From positions 1,364,001-1,428,000 of the forward strand of contig OZ361256.1 in NCBI GenBank assembly GCA_977018835.1: 64,000 bases of DNA, read 5' to 3'. Shown piece after piece: positions 10,656-23,300 of this stretch. A model generated the notes under the pieces. That model was given only the letters and a program-made list of their open reading frames with translations. It did not search any database and was not told where the DNA came from. The position numbers and the translations under genes are program-made. The stretch's first letter is position 1. Each line of letters opens with the position of its first letter. Source of the DNA: Minutocellus sp. GHC0000111 (lineage: Eukaryota).

Positions 10656-11859
10656 CTAGCAAAGCTGGCTGAAGAAGCCACCGGTCGTGGGCTCACCATT
10701 GGCGGCATCCTTCTCCTTCTTCTTCTTGAGGAACCAGTAGCCGCCTCCAAGGGCGGCGGCGATGATGAGGATGATGAGGAAGACTTTGCCACCGTTGCCC
10801 TTGGCCTCACTGGCCTTGAGCTCGGCCTCAAGGGACTCAATCTCTTCGCAGCCGTTCTGGTACATGGCATCACAACGGAGGGCGGGGTTCTCAATGAGAC
10901 GCATGCACATGTCCTTGGCCTCGAGCTCTCCGTCTTCGTTGTAGTTGGAGCAGCTGGAATACTGTCCACCAAGACCGCCGCTGGAGTAAGGGACCTCCTG
11001 GCCAGTGAACTCGTAGTAGGAGGTCGTGGAATCAGTGGTACAGTACTCGTCGGAGAAGAAGCCGAGCTGTGGTAATGATGTGATGTGAGGTAGATGTGTA
11101 TGTAACAGTTGTTGTTAGAGTTGACGATGACGAATATCAGTTGATGCATGTGCAACTAACTGATACATATAAAATGAGCATAGGAGAATGAATAGCAAAA
11201 GGTAACACGAGTAAAGCATACAAACGAATCAATAAACTTACAGCAATGTCGGTGCCGACAATCTTCTTGCCCTTGCTGTCCATGACGTTGACGCACTTGG
11301 GTCCGATGTAGTAGAAATCGACCTGCTCAAGCTTACGCTTGCGGCCCTCATCGTCGCCCATCTCCATGTCGGCCTCGACGCACTGGGAGTATTCTCCGAG
11401 GTCGAACTCGTCGTCGTCCTGCTGGCCGTTGGCCTCAGCCTCCTCGCGCATGTTCTCGGCGGTGGCCTCGGTGTAGGTGTTGATACCAACGACGTAGTCG
11501 CCATAGGACTCGTCGTCGGTGCAGCCAAAGGCGGACTGGGACTCGACGTCATTGGGGCAAAGGCGGTAGATGACGGCGGACGACTCGTCACCCTCGTCAC
11601 CCTGGACCTTGTAGTCGGCGACGCACTGGACGAACTTCATGCGGTAGTTGGTGAGGAAGTAGAACTCATCCTCCTCGGCCTGGTCCTCGTTGTTCTGCTC
11701 CGCGTCTTCGAGCTTACGGGAGGCACGGACGAGCTTGCGGGCGTGGCGGCCGGCAATCTTTTGCGAGGCGGTGAGGTCGACGGCCTTCTTGGCGGCGGCA
11801 GGCTTCTTGGCGGCGGCGAGGCCGGATGAGGCAAGGACGAGGGAGGTGGCGAGCTTCAT
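10656..11859 (-). CDS. Silicanin-1-like type I membrane protein, 342 aa; exons 11859-11242 and 11066-10656
   Basis: Signal peptide MKLATSLVLA, RxL motifs (SRKLE, KRKLE), MKFVQC, YRLCP, GC..YGDYVV, YYIGPKC, LGFFSDEYC, C-terminal TM plus basic tail; 175-nt GT-AG intron keeps the frame. Confidence 0.8.
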
Positions 11860-12256
11860 GGTGGATTGGAAGCGGGTGGGTCTTTGGTTGTGAGGAGCAC
11901 TGAATGATACCAAGAAGTGTTTTGCAGATCGTCGAGAACTCGAGCAGTTCAGTCTTTCAAAAGGAGGAAAATCGCCAAAACTCTCGAGCACGTAAAAACA
12001 AGCACAGCACAAGCACAGGTGACACCCAAATGATACTCTCATAAAACGAAAAATTTCACTATCGAAATCTAAGCGAAAATTACAGGGTGGTTACCAAGCG
12101 GCTAATGCCGGGGGCTAGAGGCGGATGTACACTAGCTAGTGCTGCTCCATCGCTCAATGTCGCACGCGGACCATGCCAACGTTGTTCATCATTCACCACG
12201 AAAAACCTTTGCTGTCGTCGGATGCCCCGTCTCAAGCAATGGGGATTGCCAATCTT

Positions 12257-12489
12257 CAACGATGACACATACATCGAACACAGCACCTCCCTCCGCTGAT
12301 TCTCCCAACTCTATGCAACTTAGTAGAACATGAAATGCAGTTAGTTTAACTACGTGAACTGGAGCTGGCATTGGCGGTAAATGAAACTTCTTAGAGGGTG
12401 AGGTCCCCGCTGATTCTCCCAACTCTCTGTGCAACTTAGTAGAACATGAAATGCAGTTTAACTACGTGAACTGGAGCTGGCATTGGCGG
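12257..12489 (-). repeat. Solo, partly tandem-duplicated copy of the YR-element terminal repeat (also 32364-32596, 49023-49255)
   Basis: Reverse complement of 3019-3179, followed by a second partial copy (gctgattctcccaac...ggcattggcgg twice). Confidence 0.8.
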
Positions 12490-12504
12490 AATCATTAGCA
12501 TAAC

Positions 12505-15500
12505 GGTGCGAGGTCGCGGACAGCAGTTTCAGGGACCCGGTTTTCGGGTCTTTGGGCAAAGTCTCATAAAAATCAGCACAAACGCACACAGCAAGCAGCA
12601 TTTATTTGCTGTCGTCCTGTCTTCAAGATGGCGGTGACGGCAGTGCCGACGGCATCCGCTTCACGCAAGGGATAAGCGTGGTGTCTCCAGAACGGTTTGG
12701 TCCTTGACCTTGGACCGACTCGGAGATATCGATTTCATCTTCCCATAACAGCGTCTGGCCGATTCACCCCCCCCCCCCCCATCCATCGCCCCTCCCGACT
12801 TCTGCCAGTTTTTCCGATGACAACCGGTCACCTCCTCCACCTCCCGACCCCACCACCACCTCCCAAATGCATTGATTCAAGTAGCCATGTGGTTTGAGCT
12901 CCGATATCGGTCTCCATGGTCCCCATAATGGCGTATCTTATGCGGTCCGGGTGCCCCGCGCCAAAATCGAGCGGGCCAAAAAAATCATCACCCGCCTGGC
13001 GCGCCCGCCACTCAATGAAACCTTCCTCATTTCCAACCCACCCGAAATGCAAACTGTTGCTCTACTGCCACAAAATACTGCATCCAACACCATATTAATG
13101 CAAATGGCTGTCACTACTGCTGCCACCGCAGCTGATGCGTCGACGATCCAGCGGGGAAAGCCGGCGGCGCACTGACGTCGTCCCTCCTCAAGGTACGAGG
13201 TCGCGGACAGCAGTTTTTCAGGGACCCGGTTTTCGGGTCTTTGGGCAAAATCTCATAAAAATCAGCACAAACGCACACAGCAAGCAGCATTTATTTGCTG
13301 TCGTCCTGTCTTCAAGATGGCGGGGTGACGGCAGTGCCGACGACGGCATCCGCTTCACGCGCAAGGGACAAGCGTGGTGTCTCCAGAACGGGTTGGTCCT
13401 TGACCTTGGAGACCGACTCGGAGATGTCGATTTCATCTTCCCATAACAGCGTCTGGCCGACTCACCCCATCCATCGCCCCTCCCGACTTCTGCCAGTTTT
13501 TCCGATGACAACCGGTCACCTCCTCTCCACCTCCCGACCCCACCACCACCTCCCAAATGCATTGATTCAAGTAGCCACATGGTTTGAGCTCCGACATCGG
13601 TCTCCATGGTCCCCCCACAATGGCGTGTCTCATGCGGTCCGGGTGACCCCGCGCCAAAATCGAGCGGGCCAAAAAAATCATCACCCGCCCGGCGCGCCCG
13701 CCACTCAATGAAACCTTCCTCATTTCCAACCCACCCGACATGCAAACACTGTTGCTCTACTGCCACAAAATACTGCATCCAACACCATGTTATTAATGCA
13801 AATGGCTGTTGCTGCTGCTGCCACCGCAGCTGATGCGCCAGCATGTCGCCGCTCCCGTCGGTCCGGCAGCTCCATCCCATGCTTTGATTATTTTGTCCAT
13901 CGGAGCGGCACCATCGATGCCTCTACGATTCGTGGCAAGTCTCCTGGGATGATCCAGACCATAGCGAACCGGGCATGGGCGGGCCTCTCACTTCAGAAAC
14001 AGCAGGATGTTGTGGAGCAAGCCCGAGAGGAGGAGCTGTGCTGTCCGAGCCAGACCGGTCCTGATCCGGCACAAGATGTGCCGATTTCTCAAATTCAAAT
14101 TGCTCGGCGCAATTCGTCATCCAATAACGCCGATGCCAGCCCTGAGCCGACGGTCGAGGAGACAATGCTGGCATCGCTGCTCGTCCTGGTGATGACAATG
14201 TCGAAGCTGGGGGCATCGCCGAGTCCATGGTGGTGGATGGAAGCGGCAACAGTGAAGAATCTGGCAATCCTGCCAGTGTCGGTGTTTCTGCTACCGGCAC
14301 CGCCAATTCTGGTGGATCGACCGAGGAGAATTTGGATGTGCTGCTGGTTGAGGCCGAAGCGCAATGCAAAGCTGCAGAGGAGGCTTTGAAAGGGCTAAGG
14401 GACACCTTGAAACGAGAAAAGCGGAAGGATGAAAAGGCCATGGTCGATGCCGAGAAGAAAAGGAACAAAATGAAGGAGGCGATGCGTCATTTGGAGCAGA
14501 GGGCACAAATGCGTGAACATCTTCGGTCGCACAGGATGCCGACGGATGCACCACCCGAACGCAAGAAAGCAATGAGAATGGAAGACAACATGCGACCTGC
14601 CATCAGCACTGGGGAATGTGTCCTTGTGTCTGCCGACTTCAGTCCCAACATGAATCGGCCTGAGGGTAAGGGATTTGTTATGGTCAGTCGAGGTGTCGGT
14701 GGAGGTGCTCTTTGCGATGTCCAGCATGAGAAGCCTTTTGGTGGCATGATGCATAAGAATGTGCCTCTCAAGGCCATCACCCCGATCCCACTCGGCCTCA
14801 ATACCGATTCAATTGCCAAGGACAGGCGCAAACGGACGGCAATTTACCGAATGGAAAGAAGCGAGTTCTCCTCGTGCATTACGATGAGAAATGGTTCTGG
14901 GGTCTCGTCCTCCGAGCTTTTGCGAAGGCTTGCGAGGAAATCGGCGTGAAAAAAGCGAGATTACGCAAAAGCTCATGCCCAACACCCGAGAATGGGGCCG
15001 CAGCAGCAGGCAACTGAATGTCACACCCCCCTCAGGTCAGCCAGACTTAATCTGGCAGCTGCTTTCAAAGGATTTGTTCCAGCCAGTCAACAATCCACAG
15101 TCCCAACAACGACACTTGGCGAGAGGTCATCATCAAGAGACACTTTTGTGTGAGAGAGCTGGTCGTCGGTCGGTCCTGTTGTTGTTGACACACGCACACC
15201 ACCACACGCACGTGTGTGTGTGTGTCACGTGATTTGCAATCTTTTACATTTACGTGAAATTGTGATGTGTGCTCTTGCTAATGCAAATGCAGCTACCTAT
15301 TTCAGAATAGGATTCTATGAGATAGATTTAAGCTATGCTTAGTGGGAGGACACCACCACCGCAAGGGACCTGTGAGAGCCAGCAGCAGCAGCAGGCGCCC
15401 CTGCCGTGAGCGCCAATTAGAGTGTTTCTTTGGTCCCGCTTTTCCAAAACTAAAAGTTTTCCACATATTTTGCCTCCTTTCGCAAAACCAAACAATTGTG

Positions 15501-15517
15501 TGCTTGGTCTGCGATGC
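12505..15517 (+). mobile_element. Unclassified TA-depleted repeat or TE relic with an internal duplication of about 640 bp (12505-13139 and 13192-13837) and ORF remnant 14227-14949 (copy 32612-35623; single-unit partial copy 49271-50166)
   Basis: The duplication is visible directly. The region is Tyr-poor and frameshifted, with a charged helical ORF. No diagnostic transposase motif was recognised. Confidence 0.5.
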
Positions 15518-15751
15518 CATTGTGAAAATTCTGACGGGCCAGGCCAGTGAAGGAAGCTACTAGACGAAGCTAGTTAGTCTAGCCAGACTAAAATAGACTT
15601 CAATGCAGCTAGATCGACAAGGCACGTCTTGCACTAAGCTCGATCTACATTAGATACGTGGGCCTAGAAATCTCTAGGTGCATTAGAAAGGACCTACATA
15701 GAGTAATTATGAGCTAGATAGCTATATAAACATTGCCCTTTCCATGACAAT

Positions 15752-16262
15752 TACATGTATAACGATTTTCTACGTAGACGTTTATAGGATCGACATAATC
15801 AGTAGATGAGGAACGAAGAAAGTAGGACAAGCAAAGCCAGCCGCAGATAATTACTCATAGTGCCGTTCAGGTCCACTTCTAAATCCTCTAAACTGCTCGT
15901 AGTAACCATATTCTTGACTCGAATGACGAGCCGAGAATCCGTCACTATCAGAGCACCTACCAGTCTCAAAATGATTCTTTGCCTCCTCAGCGACCCTAGC
16001 TGCCTCTCCTCTCGTGCCTCGAACAAAATGCAGTCGTGATCTCTTATGCAGAGAGAGACCGCGGGCAATGAAATTTTACATGTACATGAGTCGAGAATAT
16101 GGTTACTACGAGCAGTTTAGAGGATTTAGAAGTGGACCTGAACGGCGCTATGAGTAATTATTTGCGGCTGGTTTTGCTTGTTCTAACCTACTTTCTCCAC
16201 TTTCCAACGCCTGAGTATGTCAACATGATAAAACGACTATGTAGAAAATTGTTATACATGTA
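15752..16262. repeat. Long inverted repeat or foldback element (arms 15752-15920 and 16088-16262); 7 copies starting 15752, 18713, 21674, 24635, 35858, 38819, 41780
   Basis: ccgttcaggtccacttctaaatcctctaaactgctcgtagtaaccatattct versus agaatatggttactacgagcagtttagaggatttagaagtggacctgaacgg; tacatgta at both outer ends. Confidence 0.9.
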
Positions 16263-16647
16263 CCGGGTACAAATATAGATCTACTGTAGGCCTAGATCTA
16301 TTGTGCACTGCCACTGCTATTTGTCTGTCAATGGTGCCTAACTGCATGTGTAAATTAACATCTCTACCGGTACGTAAACGTATATTATCGAATTGCCATC
16401 GTTTTATCGAATTGCCATCTTGAGGAGATAGGATCAATAGGCAGACTAGATCGAGGACAAGTAGCGGCAAGAACAAAGGTGCTCGGGGAGAAACAATGCT
16501 GGAACTTTTGACTCGCTCGTATCATAAGATGCCTTGCAACGAAGAAATTCTCCCGGCGATTCGTACTATCTACGTAGCTAGTCTAGTAGGACCAACTACG
16601 TACAATGTAGGAAATCTCTGCACTAATCAGGGAAGGAGAAACTCAAA

Positions 16648-17314
16648 CTAGACTTCGACGTGAACATGGGCATCCTCTTCGGCGTTGGCTGAAGATGCCG
16701 CTAAATGCTTGGCCACTTGTTCCACGACGGCCGTGGCAGTTTCCTCCTCGGACTTGCCAACATCATCACCAGCATGTGTCCTGGCGTTGGCTCCGTTTCC
16801 GCCCTCATCTTCGCATTCAGGGTGGGTCTTCCTCTTGCGAAGCCTCCACGTAAAACCAATCTTATTCAGCTTCTCCATGCGTTCGTCCGTCATGGCAGAC
16901 TGCTTGCCATCCATTTTCAGTCTGTAGGCCTTCCTCTGCTGTCCGACCCATTCGCCTAGCTTTGGGTCATCCTTTCTCATGGGAACATTGCAGTCACCAT
17001 TCCGAGCCTTGTATTCCTTGAGATCCTGGTAGTGAGCTGGGGAAAAGGAGCGTAGAGTGTAAATGGAGGAATTGGATGAATTTGAATTTCGGGGTGAGAC
17101 AAGTGATGAACCGTATTAAACCGGGGGATGCGGACAATCATTCACAATAGATTCAGATACACTCGTTCGCATGCAATCTAGCTAGCGCCGGCCCGCCTGT
17201 CCAATAACTTACACTCCCAACTTTTGGGATCGATGGTGACCCACTTCATTCCGATCGCATCGAGTTGAGCGATCCGATCATCGGTCATCTGCGACTTCTT
17301 TCCATCTCTCTTCA
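16648..17314 (-). pseudogene. 3' fragment of the HA-repeat gene (end of exon 3, intron, exon 4); also 19609-20275, 22570-23236, 36754-37420, 39715-40381
   Basis: Matches 25531-26197 and breaks inside exon 3. Confidence 0.9.
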
Positions 17315-20300
17315 AACTCCAGTGCGCATGCACGGATCGGCAAAGGAAGGCAGAGCAGTGCGCCGTTGGAAGTCCTCCACGAATGAGAGTCAGTCATTTC
17401 CTGGTCGTCGTCAACGGCAACTGACTTTTTCACTGAAATGCGTTCGGCAGTTTCAACACCATTGACGGGCGGCGATGTGTCCGCCAAGCTCTGGTACCAT
17501 GGCACATGTACATGTAGATGCAATCGTTCGCTTTCTACGTACGAGTGATCAGTGTATGTTTGGACTGTTCTTTGCAACCAGGAAATGAAGAATATCCTTC
17601 ATAATGTGTTGCCCGCCAAATGAATCGAACAAAATCTATTGCAGAGAGTGGTCCAGCAATTCATTCCTTTTCAGTTGACAAGACTTGAGGCACCGAGCTA
17701 ACGATTCCTCAAGGATATTTCCCACTTTTTCTATGTCATCGGCCTGCGCCAGATTGGTTCGTTCAATTGTTGTTGTTGGAAAAGGCATGCATACATCATA
17801 GGATGTTGTTGGTGAATGAATTCAGGTTATTTGCTGCATGCACAGTGAACCTACGATGCTGCCTGCTACGTTCAAACATGGACATTGCTACACGTATCTT
17901 CGTCTTGAATTACCGATTCAATTTTTCCAATAAAAAATTTGATGGTTTCGTGATGCAAAATATTTCGTTTTGTGGGCTGGCTGGTAAGAAGGTTGCACAT
18001 GCAGTTAGTTGTTCGATTCGATCGATGCCGACAAACTCTCTCTTGGTTGGTGCCCATTGATGCAATGTATGCCTACTGCGCTGATATGCAATGCATTCTC
18101 GCGGCTGCTTCTATTATGCAATCAGGAGTACATGTAGGAATTCCGCCTGGAATGGTGAGGCGACTTCGAAGCTGAAGAGCTCAGCCGAGGAGGAGTCAAT
18201 TTTTGCGATGGCCGCCGGGAAGAGTGACGGAACCCGGGGTTCACAAAGAATTTAGTGCGGATGCTGAGTGGAATATCTAACCGAGAAATAATTGACCTCG
18301 AAGGCGCCAACATTGTCGTGTGACAGTCATCTCGACTGCAAAGGGAGCTTCTGCCTGTCTACTTCGGAATAAACTTTTCGTTGACAACTTTTGAAATACT
18401 GCTTACCTCTCTGGGATTTCACTTATCGTCTTGCTACGATGATAGGAAGGTATTTTCTTTGACTGAGGCCAATGCGGACATTGTGAAAATTCTGACGGGC
18501 CAGGCCAGTGAAGGAAGCTACTAGACGAAGCTAGTTAGTCTAGCCAGACTAAAATAGACTTCAATGCAGCTAGATCGACAAGGCACGTCTTGCACTAAGC
18601 TCGATCTACATTAGATACGTGGGCCTAGAAATCTCTAGGTGCATTAGAAAGGACCTACATAGAGTAATTATGAGCTAGATAGCTATATAAACATTGCCCT
18701 TTCCATGACAATTACATGTATAACGATTTTCTACGTAGACGTTTATAGGATCGACATAATCAGTAGATGAGGAACGAAGAAAGTAGGACAAGCAAAGCCA
18801 GCCGCAGATAATTACTCATAGTGCCGTTCAGGTCCACTTCTAAATCCTCTAAACTGCTCGTAGTAACCATATTCTTGACTCGAATGACGAGCCGAGAATC
18901 CGTCACTATCAGAGCACCTACCAGTCTCAAAATGATTCTTTGCCTCCTCAGCGACCCTAGCTGCCTCTCCTCTCGTGCCTCGAACAAAATGCAGTCGTGA
19001 TCTCTTATGCAGAGAGAGACCGCGGGCAATGAAATTTTACATGTACATGAGTCGAGAATATGGTTACTACGAGCAGTTTAGAGGATTTAGAAGTGGACCT
19101 GAACGGCGCTATGAGTAATTATTTGCGGCTGGTTTTGCTTGTTCTAACCTACTTTCTCCACTTTCCAACGCCTGAGTATGTCAACATGATAAAACGACTA
19201 TGTAGAAAATTGTTATACATGTACCGGGTACAAATATAGATCTACTGTAGGCCTAGATCTATTGTGCACTGCCACTGCTATTTGTCTGTCAATGGTGCCT
19301 AACTGCATGTGTAAATTAACATCTCTACCGGTACGTAAACGTATATTATCGAATTGCCATCGTTTTATCGAATTGCCATCTTGAGGAGATAGGATCAATA
19401 GGCAGACTAGATCGAGGACAAGTAGCGGCAAGAACAAAGGTGCTCGGGGAGAAACAATGCTGGAACTTTTGACTCGCTCGTATCATAAGATGCCTTGCAA
19501 CGAAGAAATTCTCCCGGCGATTCGTACTATCTACGTAGCTAGTCTAGTAGGACCAACTACGTACAATGTAGGAAATCTCTGCACTAATCAGGGAAGGAGA
19601 AACTCAAACTAGACTTCGACGTGAACATGGGCATCCTCTTCGGCGTTGGCTGAAGATGCCGCTAAATGCTTGGCCACTTGTTCCACGACGGCCGTGGCAG
19701 TTTCCTCCTCGGACTTGCCAACATCATCACCAGCATGTGTCCTGGCGTTGGCTCCGTTTCCGCCCTCATCTTCGCATTCAGGGTGGGTCTTCCTCTTGCG
19801 AAGCCTCCACGTAAAACCAATCTTATTCAGCTTCTCCATGCGTTCGTCCGTCATGGCAGACTGCTTGCCATCCATTTTCAGTCTGTAGGCCTTCCTCTGC
19901 TGTCCGACCCATTCGCCTAGCTTTGGGTCATCCTTTCTCATGGGAACATTGCAGTCACCATTCCGAGCCTTGTATTCCTTGAGATCCTGGTAGTGAGCTG
20001 GGGAAAAGGAGCGTAGAGTGTAAATGGAGGAATTGGATGAATTTGAATTTCGGGGTGAGACAAGTGATGAACCGTATTAAACCGGGGGATGCGGACAATC
20101 ATTCACAATAGATTCAGATACACTCGTTCGCATGCAATCTAGCTAGCGCCGGCCCGCCTGTCCAATAACTTACACTCCCAACTTTTGGGATCGATGGTGA
20201 CCCACTTCATTCCGATCGCATCGAGTTGAGCGATCCGATCATCGGTCATCTGCGACTTCTTTCCATCTCTCTTCAAACTCCAGTGCGCATGCACGGATCG

Positions 20301-23300
20301 GCAAAGGAAGGCAGAGCAGTGCGCCGTTGGAAGTCCTCCACGAATGAGAGTCAGTCATTTCCTGGTCGTCGTCAACGGCAACTGACTTTTTCACTGAAAT
20401 GCGTTCGGCAGTTTCAACACCATTGACGGGCGGCGATGTGTCCGCCAAGCTCTGGTACCATGGCACATGTACATGTAGATGCAATCGTTCGCTTTCTACG
20501 TACGAGTGATCAGTGTATGTTTGGACTGTTCTTTGCAACCAGGAAATGAAGAATATCCTTCATAATGTGTTGCCCGCCAAATGAATCGAACAAAATCTAT
20601 TGCAGAGAGTGGTCCAGCAATTCATTCCTTTTCAGTTGACAAGACTTGAGGCACCGAGCTAACGATTCCTCAAGGATATTTCCCACTTTTTCTATGTCAT
20701 CGGCCTGCGCCAGATTGGTTCGTTCAATTGTTGTTGTTGGAAAAGGCATGCATACATCATAGGATGTTGTTGGTGAATGAATTCAGGTTATTTGCTGCAT
20801 GCACAGTGAACCTACGATGCTGCCTGCTACGTTCAAACATGGACATTGCTACACGTATCTTCGTCTTGAATTACCGATTCAATTTTTCCAATAAAAAATT
20901 TGATGGTTTCGTGATGCAAAATATTTCGTTTTGTGGGCTGGCTGGTAAGAAGGTTGCACATGCAGTTAGTTGTTCGATTCGATCGATGCCGACAAACTCT
21001 CTCTTGGTTGGTGCCCATTGATGCAATGTATGCCTACTGCGCTGATATGCAATGCATTCTCGCGGCTGCTTCTATTATGCAATCAGGAGTACATGTAGGA
21101 ATTCCGCCTGGAATGGTGAGGCGACTTCGAAGCTGAAGAGCTCAGCCGAGGAGGAGTCAATTTTTGCGATGGCCGCCGGGAAGAGTGACGGAACCCGGGG
21201 TTCACAAAGAATTTAGTGCGGATGCTGAGTGGAATATCTAACCGAGAAATAATTGACCTCGAAGGCGCCAACATTGTCGTGTGACAGTCATCTCGACTGC
21301 AAAGGGAGCTTCTGCCTGTCTACTTCGGAATAAACTTTTCGTTGACAACTTTTGAAATACTGCTTACCTCTCTGGGATTTCACTTATCGTCTTGCTACGA
21401 TGATAGGAAGGTATTTTCTTTGACTGAGGCCAATGCGGACATTGTGAAAATTCTGACGGGCCAGGCCAGTGAAGGAAGCTACTAGACGAAGCTAGTTAGT
21501 CTAGCCAGACTAAAATAGACTTCAATGCAGCTAGATCGACAAGGCACGTCTTGCACTAAGCTCGATCTACATTAGATACGTGGGCCTAGAAATCTCTAGG
21601 TGCATTAGAAAGGACCTACATAGAGTAATTATGAGCTAGATAGCTATATAAACATTGCCCTTTCCATGACAATTACATGTATAACGATTTTCTACGTAGA
21701 CGTTTATAGGATCGACATAATCAGTAGATGAGGAACGAAGAAAGTAGGACAAGCAAAGCCAGCCGCAGATAATTACTCATAGTGCCGTTCAGGTCCACTT
21801 CTAAATCCTCTAAACTGCTCGTAGTAACCATATTCTTGACTCGAATGACGAGCCGAGAATCCGTCACTATCAGAGCACCTACCAGTCTCAAAATGATTCT
21901 TTGCCTCCTCAGCGACCCTAGCTGCCTCTCCTCTCGTGCCTCGAACAAAATGCAGTCGTGATCTCTTATGCAGAGAGAGACCGCGGGCAATGAAATTTTA
22001 CATGTACATGAGTCGAGAATATGGTTACTACGAGCAGTTTAGAGGATTTAGAAGTGGACCTGAACGGCGCTATGAGTAATTATTTGCGGCTGGTTTTGCT
22101 TGTTCTAACCTACTTTCTCCACTTTCCAACGCCTGAGTATGTCAACATGATAAAACGACTATGTAGAAAATTGTTATACATGTACCGGGTACAAATATAG
22201 ATCTACTGTAGGCCTAGATCTATTGTGCACTGCCACTGCTATTTGTCTGTCAATGGTGCCTAACTGCATGTGTAAATTAACATCTCTACCGGTACGTAAA
22301 CGTATATTATCGAATTGCCATCGTTTTATCGAATTGCCATCTTGAGGAGATAGGATCAATAGGCAGACTAGATCGAGGACAAGTAGCGGCAAGAACAAAG
22401 GTGCTCGGGGAGAAACAATGCTGGAACTTTTGACTCGCTCGTATCATAAGATGCCTTGCAACGAAGAAATTCTCCCGGCGATTCGTACTATCTACGTAGC
22501 TAGTCTAGTAGGACCAACTACGTACAATGTAGGAAATCTCTGCACTAATCAGGGAAGGAGAAACTCAAACTAGACTTCGACGTGAACATGGGCATCCTCT
22601 TCGGCGTTGGCTGAAGATGCCGCTAAATGCTTGGCCACTTGTTCCACGACGGCCGTGGCAGTTTCCTCCTCGGACTTGCCAACATCATCACCAGCATGTG
22701 TCCTGGCGTTGGCTCCGTTTCCGCCCTCATCTTCGCATTCAGGGTGGGTCTTCCTCTTGCGAAGCCTCCACGTAAAACCAATCTTATTCAGCTTCTCCAT
22801 GCGTTCGTCCGTCATGGCAGACTGCTTGCCATCCATTTTCAGTCTGTAGGCCTTCCTCTGCTGTCCGACCCATTCGCCTAGCTTTGGGTCATCCTTTCTC
22901 ATGGGAACATTGCAGTCACCATTCCGAGCCTTGTATTCCTTGAGATCCTGGTAGTGAGCTGGGGAAAAGGAGCGTAGAGTGTAAATGGAGGAATTGGATG
23001 AATTTGAATTTCGGGGTGAGACAAGTGATGAACCGTATTAAACCGGGGGATGCGGACAATCATTCACAATAGATTCAGATACACTCGTTCGCATGCAATC
23101 TAGCTAGCGCCGGCCCGCCTGTCCAATAACTTACACTCCCAACTTTTGGGATCGATGGTGACCCACTTCATTCCGATCGCATCGAGTTGAGCGATCCGAT
23201 CATCGGTCATCTGCGACTTCTTTCCATCTCTCTTCAAACTCCAGTGCGCATGCACGGATCGGCAAAGGAAGGCAGAGCAGTGCGCCGTTGGAAGTCCTCC

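Noticed and set aside
17315..18478. Segment B as a transposon
   Set aside because: No terminal repeats, target duplication or transposase motif seen
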